NCBI RefSeq assembly: GCF_006345805.1
Contig: NC_043003.1
Location: forward strand, 38,688,001 to 38,752,000
Origin: Octopus sinensis
Lineage: Eukaryota
DNA: 64,000 nt
Reading direction: 5' to 3'
Shown here in pieces: positions 13,013-25,145 of this stretch. Below the pieces are notes generated by a model, which saw nothing but the letters and a program-made list of their open reading frames with translations, ran no database searches and was not told the origin of the DNA. How positions within the stretch are numbered: position 1 is the stretch's first letter; every line of letters begins with the position of its first letter. Made by a program: the position numbers and the translations under genes.

Positions 13013-13218
13013 GTTGTTAATCCAAACAAGAAAACACACAAAAAAAAACACAACTCGAGGACGTGGAACAAATAAAGTATTATTGGACGCTCAGGAAAGA
13101 AGGGAAGAAGGAGGGTTTAACGTTTCGAGCGGAGCTCTTCGTCGGAAACATAGGAGAAGGAAAGATCCCGAGAAGGGAAGACAGAGGAAAAAAAATCGCC
13201 AGCGGTACTCACGAGGTA
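13013..13218 (-). mobile_element. About 200-bp PLE-pLTR-like repeat with minimal hammerhead (family 2, copy 1)
   Basis: Homologous to 25366-25560 and 26473-26672; carries the hammerhead at 13115-13149. Confidence 0.8.
13115..13149 (-). ncRNA. Minimal type I hammerhead motif, family 2
   Basis: guuu CCGACGA a gagc-ucc-gcuc GAAA cg UU^aaac (U4C lesion in this copy). Confidence 0.75.
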
Positions 13219-13329
13219 GATAGATAGATAGATAGATAGATAGTTAGATAGATCACTCTAACACATGTAGATCAATGACTAACCAACATATCTTCTGTGG
13301 CTAATATTGGACTAAGAGTCAAGATCACG

Positions 13330-13600
13330 CATATACAGCACTGCAATCGCAAGTAAACCGTGTCAACCCCTTGGCTCGCATCTTTAAAAATTCATTTTCG
13401 TTTTGCACGGTGGCGTTTGAGACGTGTGGTGGGACTGGACCATTAACTACGAAGTTCTTGCCATCGTTGGCAGCTCTCCTCATCGAGGTGTCAGGTGATG
13501 CTCTCGTGAGGGTGCTTGGCTTTTCCAACGACTTAGCCTCGCTTTCGCTCATTAGAAATACTTCGAGCGTGCTGGCTTGCTTCAGTAGGTTCCGTTGAAC
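13330..13600 (+). mobile_element. 3' fragment of an RLE-type non-LTR retrotransposon (CRE-like)
   Basis: With one frameshift it reads VAFETCGGTGPLTTKFL..LA..L..VSGDA/REGAWLFQRLSLA..RN..SVL, resembling the C-terminal restriction-like endonuclease region of CRE-type elements. Confidence 0.65.
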
Positions 13601-14708
13601 CTTGTGGTGTGCGACCAATTAAAGCACTTGGTACTGCACTGATGTTTCTCTGTCTTTCTTTCTTTCTCTCTCTCTTTCTTTCTTTCTCTCTCACTCACTC
13701 ACTCTCTTTCTCTCTCTGTATATATAAATATATATATATATATACGTATACAAACGCATAGTTTGTCCGTAGAAATGTTGGAGCACTAAATTGAAAATAA
13801 GTTCCTGTAGACAAATATACACATATATATATACACGTATGTGTGTCTATTCACACATGTGCCCGTCCGCCTGTTCATCCGTCCTGCCGTACATACATGC
13901 AGGAAGGAATAAATGAAATATTGTTTTCCAGTATCTTTATCGAAATTCTGAATTAATTTCTAGTTGTGTGCATAAAGATTTACATACTGTTAAATATCTA
14001 AAACCTATTGTTACATACAAAGGCTGAACATTACCACTGAGAGTGGTTTCTCTTTTTAAACATTCCTCTGAAAGAAATATATTATACTTTTACCAAATGG
14101 CTAACTACTTTCTTTACATGGGAAAAATATTGCCTCCCCATTAATTCAATGTGCTACACTCTAGTTAACAGTCTTAAGTTTTTGTTTTTTTTAATTTATT
14201 AAAATAATATATCAAATGTTTATAGTACAAGAGGATTAAATCTAAGGAGTTGAGAGTGACTTCCCTTTGTAAAAATATTTTAAGCACTTCTTTTCTTTAA
14301 GAAACATGTTAGATTTATGCGTGCCAAGTAACTTATGTATATGTCCGTTCCTATTGTTTTCCGAATAATTGACTATCATGAGATCCCTAAAAGTATATAT
14401 TCCATGTATTTTGAAACTGTGCCTCATATTTCATATTTGATGTGTAATTCTATTCAAATTGTCTGTTATCTCATTAGCAGTACTGTGGACAATTTTAGCT
14501 TAACTCCTTTCCTTTTACTATTATACTTATTACAATCTTTTCTTCCACTGTTTCACATATTTATTATATGTATAACATTCTTATCAATACCAATCAATTT
14601 TGAAAATTCGACAGATTATACTTCAGAGATTTATAATCTTGCACCTTTCACAATATCATATATCATATCATATCAGGTCATATGTGTATGTGTGTGTGTG
14701 TGTGTATA

Positions 14709-15378
14709 CAGGGTGCTGTGAATAGACTGTCGTTTAAATTATGCAAAAATGAATATAACACTGACATCGCATTTTAACAGATATATTTACCAAAATTACA
14801 TAAAAATAACTTGAAATACCAAAGAGTAAATTTATTCAATAAAATTGCCATTGGCTTCAACCACAGCCTCCAGACGACTTCAGAATCTCCTACAACTTTC
14901 CTGGATGGTCTCCTTGTTTAAGTTGGTGATTGCTGCCATAATCCTTGCCTTCAGTTCATTTTTGGTATTACAAGGAGTTTTGTTGGCCTCTTGCTCAACT
15001 GCACCCCACATATAATAATTAAGGGGGTTACAGTCCAGGGAGTGAGGTGGCCAAATGTTAGGGGTGATGTGGTTACAAAAATTGTCTGACAGCCATGACT
15101 GGGTTCTCCTGCTTGTGTAGCATGGTGCAGAGTCCTGTTGCTAGACATAGGGTCATCCAGCAGCCACTCTCTTTACTCAGGACAGCACTACCTCCTCCAG
15201 GCACTTGATGTAGTCCTCCATGTTGAGTCTGAGGCTGTGTGAGAAGATGAATAGAGGCATAACATTGCCATCGTTAGTGATTACTCCAAACACCATGATG
15301 CTGACTGGATGTTTGATTTTTATCACTCTTGGTACATGTCCTCAGATTGACACTCAAACACTCCAAAATGTTCATATT
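14709..15378 (-). mobile_element. maT/DD37D-like element, 3' part with TIR
   Basis: Begins ta|cagggtgctgtgaat. Near-identical to 18524-19220. WPPHSLDCNPLNYYMWGAVEQE motif. Confidence 0.88.
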
Positions 15379-15379
15379 G

Positions 15380-15703
15380 GAGCTTCCGGTGTGAATTCAC
15401 GATGCCAGCGTTTTACAAGTTCATATGATGGGGCATCATCACCATAAGTTACTTTCATTTCATCAAAAGTCTCCCGTGGTGTGCGTCCTTTCAAATACAA
15501 AAACCGGATCACTGCTCAACACTCAACAGGCTCCATTTCACACTTGACTCAGTTCAAACACATGTAAATTTGAAACCACAATTATTTCAGAGCTGTAATT
15601 TGTCACTTAATTTATAGAGATATAAATAATTGCACATGTAAAATTTCAGCTAGATCAAACAACTGCAAGTGGGCCAGGGGCATTACTTATTGAACGTCCC
15701 TCG
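15380..15703 (-). mobile_element. 5' end with TIR of the same mariner family
   Basis: Matches 24830-25145, including TIR ggggcattacttattgaacgtccctcg|ta. Confidence 0.9.
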
Positions 15704-16301
15704 TATGTGTGTGTGTATGTATGTATGTATGTGTATATGTATGTATGTATAGGCACAGACATGGCTGTGTGGTAAGAAGCTGGCTTCTTAGTCCCACTGT
15801 GTGGCACACTGGGCAAGTGTCTTCTATTATTGTCTTGGGCCGACCAAAGCTTCGTGAGTGGATTTGGTAGATGGAAGCTGAAAGAAGCCTGTGTTTGTGA
15901 GTGAGTGTGTGTGTGTGTGTGTGTATCTGTGTTTATCCCCCATCACTGCTTGACAACCAGTATTGATGTGTTTATATCCCCATAACTTAGCAGTTTTGGT
16001 AAAAGAGATCAAATGAATAACTATCAGGCTTTAAAAAAATAAGTACTAGGGTTAATTCGTTTGACTAAAATTCTTTAAGACAGTGCCCAGTGTTATATTC
16101 ATTTTTGCATAATTTAGATGACAGTCTATTCACAGCACTCTGTATACACACACACTCACTCACACACACACACATACTGCTGTCTAATGAATGTAATAAG
16201 TCAAAGATTAAAGTTTGAAATTTGTTTTATGTCAAGTTATATGTAAGCAATATAACATTACACTGAAGGATTACTCTCTATACTTTTTAGTAGAATACAT
16301 A

Positions 16302-16815
16302 TATTAGCTTGTCCTGAAAATAATGGCTGCTCTAAGTGTAGTGTTTTGAAACACAATTTTATCATAGTATTTTAATTATATTTTAGGTGAATTTTGACAT
16401 ACTTAATAATTGATGTATGCTCTTTAATAATTTTCTACTTATTTCAGACAGAAAACATTCTTGAAGAATAGGCGCCCTTAATTATGAACATGACAAAAAA
16501 GGACCTTTGCTTACTTTTCTTGTATGAGTTCAAGCTTGGGCACAATGTCTCCCCGACTGCTGCCAATATCAACAGAGCATGGGGATAGAGGTCCACAAGT
16601 GATCGCACAGTATGAAGGAGGTTTCAGAAAATCTGTAGGGGTGATGAGAGCCTTGAAGAGGAAGAAGGTAGAGGATGGTCATGCAGTCTTGACAATGAAC
16701 AGTTGAAAGCAATTGTTGAACAAAACCCACATCAAAGTGTCAGAGAAATGTCTCAGGCACTTAGTGTCAGTATTGCAATGGTCTCATGCAATCTGCAGAA
16801 GATTGGTAAGGTGAA
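16302..16815 (+). mobile_element. Mariner (Hsmar1/Mos1-like) 5' fragment
   Basis: TIR-like tattagcttgtcctgaaaataatgg at about 16302. From 16484 it reads MNMTKKDLCLLFLYEFKLGHN...GDESLEEEEGRG...VEQNPHQSVREMSQAL (HTH region), with stops. Confidence 0.85.
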
Positions 16816-16857
16816 TGAGGGACAAACATTGAATTGCAGAGGTGTGATGTGAATAGA

Positions 16858-17485
16858 ACATAAGGTGTACTAGCCATCTGAATGTGGCTAGCCACTGGGG
16901 GTGGGGTGTTACTGATGCTTTTAGCCCCAGGTGATCAACGTCACCAGATGGACTTTAGACACAATCTCAGTGCCCTTGTGTTATTTGCAAAGGGAGGTCA
17001 TCCTCCCTCGAAAACCTAAGTACTACATACGGACTATAGTTTCAAGGTAATTGCCTCTCGTCAACGCATGGTAAGCACCGGTTTTCGATGAAGGAGACCC
17101 CTTGCAAATAATATTTAACGTTTTTCACAGCAACCACTGTCACTGATTTAGAAAAACTGTCTGAAAGCAATAATAAATCTCTGAACGAGATATAAACAGT
17201 AACCGCTCGACAACGTAAGGTGTACTAGCCATCTGAATGTGGCTAGCCACTGGGGGTGGGGTGTTACTGATGCTTTTAGCCCCAGGTGATCAACGTCACC
17301 AGATGGACTTTAGACACAATCTCAGTGCCCTTGTGTTATTTGCAAAGTCCATCTGGTGACGTTGATCACCTGGGGCTAAAAGCATCATTAACACCCCACC
17401 CCCAGTGGCTAGCCACATTCAGATGGCTAGTACACCTTACGTTGTCGAGCGGTTACTGTTTATATCTCATTCAGAGATTTATTAT
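16858..17485 (-). mobile_element. Hammerhead-containing retrozyme / Penelope-pLTR-like insertion
   Basis: 132-bp direct repeat (16861-16992 = 17216-17347; period 355) and 144-bp inverted repeat. 11-13-bp TSD (tg)atgtgaataga at 16845-16857 and 17486-17498. Internal hammerhead. Confidence 0.85.
17026..17070 (-). ncRNA. Type I hammerhead ribozyme motif, family 1
   Basis: catgcg UUGACGA gagg-caauua-ccuu GAAA cuauag UC^cguaug. Stem I is 6 bp, stem II 4 bp, stem III palindromic acuauagu. C3 is replaced by U. Confidence 0.8.
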
Positions 17486-18523
17486 TGATGTGAATAGAGT
17501 TATTGATAATTGTTTTGAGAAGAAATGGGATGAGGTAGATGGGTCATGTCCTGAAGAAAGAGGAAAGTGGTTGGGTACGAGGAGTAATGGAAATGAATAA
17601 GGAAATAAGCAGAAGAAGGGGAGACAAAGTCATAGTTAAAGAGCAAATGAGAAGGGGTCGTTTTGTGAGACAGTAGTGTAAAAGAGTGGGCAAATTAAGG
17701 AAGATTGTGAAGGGGGCCACAAAGTCAACCTCTGCTTTAGCAGGGAAAACAACCTTCAAATGCTTTTCGTTTTTGTTGTTGCTCTGTACTGATGCACATA
17801 TACACATACGTGTGGAGCACATATATTTGAAAGAAGAAAAGAAACCTAAAACCTAAACATGTATGCTTAAATAAATAACCATTCTTAAAAAATAGATACA
17901 CGTTACAAAACCATATTTCATATGCCTACACACACATACCTATGCACACGTGCACACACACACACACATATCTAGATGCACACATTTACATATAGTTATA
18001 CACACAAACACACAATTACACCCACATTCACATACATACAGGTTCACAAAAATTTATAACTTCATACAAATACATACAACTACATACACATACACATCCT
18101 ACACACACATTAAAGCAACAACAACAATAGCAACTAAGACGATGACAACAGCAATATGCTGTTGTTGTTGCTGGAGAATATTGGAAAATAAAATAAAATT
18201 ATAGATAGTAAAACACTAAAGAATTATTTGACATTTTTGAAAGTAGGAACTGTATTGCTGCCTGGAGAGATGTCTAGTTTTAACACATACAACAATGTGC
18301 TTATGCAAATAAATATTGAAGAATTATAGATGAGGTATTCTCTCATTTCTGAACTAAACACTCTCCAACAATATTTTTTTAACAAAACAGTTACAGCAGT
18401 AGTAGCAATGGTAGCAACAACAGCAATAACAACAACAACAACAACAATTCCAACATTACCACTATGTATACAGACATGCAAAGATACATATGTGACCATG
18501 TCAAATGTATACGCATATAAATA

Positions 18524-19414
18524 CAGAGTGCTGTGAATAAACTGTCATGTAAATTACGCAAAAATGAAAATAACACTGACATAACATTTTAACAGATATA
18601 TTTACCAAAATTACATAAACATATCTTGAAACACTAAGAGTAAATTTATTCAATAAAATTGCTATTGGCTTCAACCACAGCCTCCAGACGACTTCAGATT
18701 CTCCTGCAACTCTTCTGGATGGTCTCCTTGTTTAAGTTGGTGAATGCTGCCATAATCCTTGCCTTCAGTTCATTTTTGGTGTTACAAGGAGTTTTGTTGG
18801 TCTCTTGCTCAACTGCACCCCACATATAATAATTAAGGGGGTTACAGTCTGGGGAGTTAGGTGGCCAAATGTTAGGGGTGATGTGGTTACAGAAATTGTC
18901 TGACAACCATGACTGGGTTCTCCTGCTTGTGTAGCATGGTGCAGAGTCCTGTTGCTAGACGTAGGGTCTTCCAGCAGCCGCTCTCTTTTTACTCAGGACA
19001 GCACTGCCTCCTTCAGACACTTGATATAGTCCTCTGTGTTGAGTCTGAGGCTGTATGGGAAGGTGAATAGAGGCACAACGTCACCATCACTAGTGATCAC
19101 TCCAAACACCATGATGCTGACTGGATGTTTAATTTTTATCACACTTGGTACATGTTTTGGGGATACTGCAAGCCAACAGTTGTTCTGTGTGCTCACCATC
19201 TGTTCATATTGGGGCTTCCGGCATGAATGCCAAGCAGTACAGCATGTTATTTCCAAATTTCTGGCAGAGTGAATTGTGTCATTGTGCTAGTTTTCTCACA
19301 TGTGGTGCCCAACTGACCCTACTATACTGTGTAGTTGACAAAATCAAAAACAAACAATGCCCATATGTGAAATTAAAAATAAAAAAGTGGCAACAATTTA
19401 CCCATCGCACCCTG
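18524..19414 (-). mobile_element. Internally deleted maT/DD37D-like element with both TIRs
   Basis: Ends ta|cagagtgc ... gcaccctg|ta. Motifs VMVFGVITSDGDV and WPPNSPDCNPLNYYMWG. Confidence 0.88.
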
Positions 19415-21333
19415 TATATATATCATAAAGGAAAAATTCAATCATCACTAAATGTGACTACGTGGGCTGAGACACCTACACTGCTAAAAATAGGAGTAAA
19501 GTACTCTTTGTGCTGTAGGAAGAGTGCAAATGCATACACATACACTGACAGGGGAAGAAACCATCTCATGACTGAATTGAGAATCTCTCACACTAGATGT
19601 CTAGTTTCACATATTTCTATATACTTTGTCAGTGAGAGCTACTTGATCAGCCAGTGTCATCAAATCCTGCCATTCAGCATATATGTATTTACCATAGAAA
19701 TCTATGGATGATTAGCAGAATGCTAATGCATAATCAAAAATTAATATAAACAGCTAGGTGCAACATAATACCATAATGGAAAAACTCAATCATCACTAAA
19801 TGTGACTAAGTGTACTGAGACACCTACACACACGCACGCACGCACATACACACACACACACAACACACACACACACACATGTATATATATAGTTCATAGA
19901 TGAAAATCAGATGTTCTCCATATAAGATACACTTAGTAGTACTCAAAATATTTAAACTTGAGTGGGTATAGAAGTAATTGTAGAGATAAGCAAGTTAGAC
20001 AGGTCAATATATAAACTATATTAAATACATAAAATACAAAAAAAATGTATATATGTTTATATACAAAAAGGTCCAACTTATACAGAATCAAAATAATATT
20101 GAGAATTAAAGGGGTTGACAAAAAGTATTATAAATCCAACGGCTGTTTCTGGGGGCCCGGTGGTCCATTATATTGTTTGTAGATTTATTCCATCAGCTAA
20201 TGAAACAAGCCTCCATCTTCAAGGAAGAGATCTTACATTTGAGGTGTTGAAACAAAGAAGTTCAAAGAATTTCTACTATCTGTAGATGCCATAAAGCCAT
20301 CCATAGATTGCAGAAGGTGGATTGTAGAAGAATAGTTAATTGAATTGACCCCGGTATATGTGTCTTTTTCTTTTTATTGTTTTGAGATTGATGAATTATA
20401 TTTCTAACATAAGCATTTAAGGTTAGTAACTTTGTAGGGAGGAGGATATTGATCCCTGTATAAAATAATCAACAGGAAGTAGTAGAGTCAGAAAAATGAC
20501 TGTGCTATATTCATAAAATTTGTCTTGTGTCTTTGCTAGACATCATTAATATAATAGGCATAGGTATGGCTATGTGGTAAGAAGCTTGCTTCACAACCAT
20601 ATGGTTCCAAGTTCAGTCCTAGGCAAGCAACTTCTACTATAGCCTTGGGCCAACCAAAGCCTTGTGAGTGGATTTGATAGTTGGAAACTGAAGGAGCCCA
20701 TCAATGCTGGTGTGTCTATGTTCCATTAACTTAGCAGTTTAGCAAATGAGACCGATAGAAAGTATAAGTATAACCCATTAATGTGGTGTTCCAGTATGGC
20801 TGCAGGCAAATGACTGAAACAAGTAAAAGAATAAAAGAATATGACAAATAAAATATAATCAAACAGGATCCAATGTCCTTCCTGGATCATATGTTCATAA
20901 GGCTGATTTCCTAAATTCTGTGGTGTATAAATCATCACCACTTCCTGGATGGGATGCTAGTCTATTACAAGATTACTCCTTTTTGCCAGCTGAAGCAACA
21001 TGAAATGAAGATTTTCACTCAAGAACATAACACATTACCCATTCCAGGAATCAACAACCTAACCACTCAGCTATGTGCTTCCAAAAGAAAATATAATAAT
21101 GATTTTTTTAAAAATTATGGTGTAGTGGTTAAGAGCGCAGGCTACTAACCCCAAGATTCTGAAAGGCATAGAAGTGGGTGTGTAGTAAGTAGTTTGCTTA
21201 CGAACCACGTGGTTCCGGGTTCAGTCCCACTGCGTGGCACCTTGGGCAAGTGTCTTCTGCTATAGCCTCAGGCCGACCAAAACCTTGTGAGTGGATTTGA
21301 TAGACGGAAACTGAAAGATGCCCATCGTATATA

Positions 21334-21371
<38 letters not shown>

Positions 21372-23235
21372 TGTGTGTGTGTGTGTGTGTATGTGTGTGT
21401 GTGTGTGTGTGTGTATGTGTGTGTGTGTGTGTATGTATATGTTTGTGTGTCTGTGTTTGTCCCCCCCAACATCGCTTGACAACTGATGCTGGTGTATTTA
21501 TATCCCCATAACTTAGCAGTTCTGTAAAAGAGACCGATAGAATAAGTATTAGGCTTACAAAGAATAAGCCCTGGGGTCGACTTGCTCGACTAAAGGTATC
21601 AAATGTGGATCTAGGTGATTGCATGTGTAGCAGAAAACACTGGCCTAGATAGGTGAGCCTCAAGCCTGTATGGTTCTAGTGTGATTATGTACATGCATAT
21701 AGCTGACCCTCTGTTCCAGATATGTCAGCAATGCTCTAAGGTGGGTCAAGGAGATGTGTATGCATACCAGAAGCAATGAACTACTTGTGTAAGCAGTATT
21801 TCAGTGTACCTGTGGGATGTTTGTATATATGTGTTAGTGTTTGTGTATCATAAGCAATGCCACCACTGCTAATATATATTTATTGGAATAAGACAGCAAG
21901 CTGGCAGAATTGTTAACACATGGGGCAAAAAAGGCTTAGTGGCATTTCGTCCATCTTTATGTTCTGAGTTCAAATTCTGCCAAGGTCGACTTTGCTTTTT
22001 ATTCTTTCAAGTGTCAAGTTGTGGCAGGGGACAACTGCAAACACACATACCATGAGCTTCCTTCAGTTTCCCTCTATCAAATTTGCTCACAATGTTTTGG
22101 TTGGTCCCAGGCTATAGTAGAAGACGTTTGCCTAAGGTGCCATACAGTGGGACTGAACCCAGAATTATGTAGCTGGGAAGCAAGCTTCTTATCACACAGC
22201 CACACCTGTGCCTATAGAAAGATTTTGAATTCTGAATTGAATTGATACAAAAGGATTTTGAATTTTCCCCTGAAAATATGATGGAATACTGCTTAAAGCC
22301 TTTTAATACAAAAGAAAAAAACCTCAAAAGAAAACAACAACAGAGGATTTAAGTTGGATTCCATCCTATTCTTTTAAGAAAATTCAAATAAATTTCTTCC
22401 AACTAATTTTTCTTTCTGTCTTTATTTAACATATAGTTGTCGTCGACGTCGGCGTCTTCATCATCATCGTCATCATCATCATTTAGCAACCACTTATTCG
22501 TGCTTGCAGGATCAGACAGAATTTGTAGAGATAGCTTTTGCCAATCAGTGTGTGTGTTAACATCCCTGTAACTTAGCAGTTCAGCAAAAGAGAATGATAA
22601 AATAAGTACCAGGCTTAATAAAAAATAAGTACTGTCGTCGAGTCAGTCAACAAAATGTTCTTTTAAAAGGAGGCGTTCCAGTATGGCCACAGTCTAATGA
22701 CTGAAACAATTAGAAAAAGAAAAACATCTGTATCTAAATAAAGAAATACTTATATTACTTCTCACTTACTTTTTCTCTACTGTTATTAACATTCTTGTCT
22801 GTACACTAACAAGAACTCTCATTCCTGAGTGTGTGTGTGTATGGTGGGGGTACACTGTTTTTTTTTTTTTTCAGTCTTGGTTTTTGAATAGGTATACCAT
22901 ATCTTTGTGTGTCATAAGAGGTGACAAAAATAGTTGGCATCAAGAGGGGTTGTCCAGCCACAAGATGTACCCTCAGAAAACCCTTCCAACCTGATCCTGT
23001 ATTGAAAAGCAAATGTAAAATGATAATAAAAAATGTTAAAAGAGAAAAATGGCGATGATGCTGATGGTAATCATGATGAATAAATCATGAGAGTGAAAAC
23101 AGTCAAAACATATTGTTGAATATAATTATTTATTGTACACAGCAGGTATCTCCAATTTTGCCCTAAGTCAGCCTTGAATCAACAGACTGATCATCAAAAG
23201 CAGAACAGGAGGTATCAACAGAGTACAAGTATATA

Positions 23236-23317
<82 letters not shown>

Positions 23318-23600
23318 CAAAGGGTGCGTAAAGTATTAGAGGACATATGTTAATTTCACTACAGCAGCATATTTATCAACTTAATATTTTCTATATTTCA
23401 GAATTATCAATGGCAGACCCTATGATTACACAAGAAATGAAGTCATCATGGCTATAAAGGCTGAACATAGCATTTTAGAAGTAGTACAATTTTTAAAAGT
23501 TGCTAGATCCTTTGTCTACAAAAATCGCAAGGAGTCGGAGGCTAAAGACAGAAATGTATCGCCAGTATCAAAATGTAAGAAACATTGTAGATGCACTGAT
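23318..23600 (+). mobile_element. 5' part of a second maT-like family (TIR plus N-terminus)
   Basis: TIR caaagggtgcgtaaagtattagaggaca; translation RNEVIMAIKAEHSILEVVQFLKVARSFVYK...KKHCRCTD. Confidence 0.75.
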
Positions 23601-23852
23601 ACTTGCTGGATTTTTGCCAAAACTTGAAACCAGTTTATTCCAGCTCTTTGTGTTCTGTGTTCAACTGGTACTGAAGTGAACATTACCTGTCATCCTTCAG
23701 GGACCATGACATAAGCCACTAGTCCAGGGTGGTAGCTGACATGCTTTGTTGTATTTGTTCTGGATCTTTGTTTTCTGAGTTCAAATCTTACCAACAGCAA
23801 AGGTTTATCACATCAGAACCATGATTTGATTATGAAATTTTTAATGGATGTA

Positions 23853-25145
23853 TGAGGGGCGTTCAATAAGTAATGCCCCTGACCCACTTCCCATAGCAGT
23901 AGAGCAACGAAACTTGCCACAGTTATTAGCTTTTTTCTACATATGAACCACCCAGAGTTATGCATTTCTCCCATTGTTTGATGCAGCTCTGGAGACCGTT
24001 TTTGTAGAAGACCCCAGCTTGGTCCTCCAACCACGGTGTGACTTCAGAAATCAAGGCTGCATCATCTGGGAAACGCTTTCCTTTCAAAAACAACTTCATT
24101 GCTGGGAAGAGGTGAAAATCAGAGGGTGCAAGGTCAGGAGAGTAGGGGGGATGGGGGAGGAGTTCATAGCTGCACGCCTGTGCTTCTGATCTGGTGACAC
24201 GTGAGTTGTGGACCGGAGCGTTGTCCTGCAGGAGGAGGATGCCTTTTCTGATCTTGCCCCACCTTTTGATTTTGATAGCTTCTCTTAATTTCCTCAAAAG
24301 TGAAGCATAATAGGCTCCTGTAATTGTGGTACCCTTTGCCAGGAAATCTGTCATCACTACTCCATCCTGGTCCCAGAAGACTGTGAGCATGACCTTGCCA
24401 GCGGAGGGCTGCACCCTTGCCTTCTTTGGAGGAGGTGAGTCACAGTGCTTTCACTGCATTGACTGGGCTTTGATTTCTGGATCATAGTGATGGACCCAGG
24501 TTTCATCCTGTGTAATCAGTCTTTTGAAAAATTTTGACTCATCTTCTTGGCACATCTCCAAATTCATCCTCGAGCACTCGACACGTTCTTGCTTCTGGAA
24601 AGGTGTGAGCAGCCTGGGAATCCATCTGGCAGACAACTTTTGCATATGAAAATGGTCATGAATGATAGTTTCCACAAACCCGGTATTAATCTTGACCTCA
24701 TGGGCTATTTGGCGAATAGTTATACATCGATCTTCTAAAATGGCAGCCTCAACTAGACGGACAGATGCCTCATCAATGGCAGAAGCGGGGCGACCAGATC
24801 TGGGAGCTGTTTCCACAGAGTTCCAACCATGTTTGAATTCATGATGCCAGCGTTTTACAAGGTCATATGATGGGGCATCATCACCATAAGTTACTTTCAT
24901 TTCATCAAAAGTCTCCCATGGTGTGCGTCCTTTCAAATACAAAAACCGAATCACTGCTCAACACTCAACAGGCTCCATTTCACACTTGACTCAGTTCAAA
25001 CACCTGTAAATCAGAAACCACAATTAGTTCAGAGCTGTAATTTGCCAATTAATCAATAGAGATATAAATAATTGCACATGCACTATTTCAGCTAGATCAA
25101 AGAACAGCAAGTGGGTCAGGGGCATTACTTATTGAACGTCCCGCG
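23853..25145 (-). mobile_element. Near-complete mariner (DD34D, irritans-like) DNA transposon
   Basis: About 33-bp TIRs (..gttcaataagtaatgcccctgaccc) with TA on both sides; 1293 bp. Motifs ITQDETW, LLQDNAPVH, YSPDLAPSDFHLF. In-frame stops at 24451 and near the start. Confidence 0.95.

Noticed and set aside
16861-17485. CRISPR-like or tRNA-array interpretation of the repeats
   Set aside because: Only two long direct copies, no short repeat-spacer periodicity, and a eukaryotic context.
20182-20353. Plus-strand segment with acceptor- and donor-like ends
   Set aside because: All three frames contain stops and no partner exons were found.
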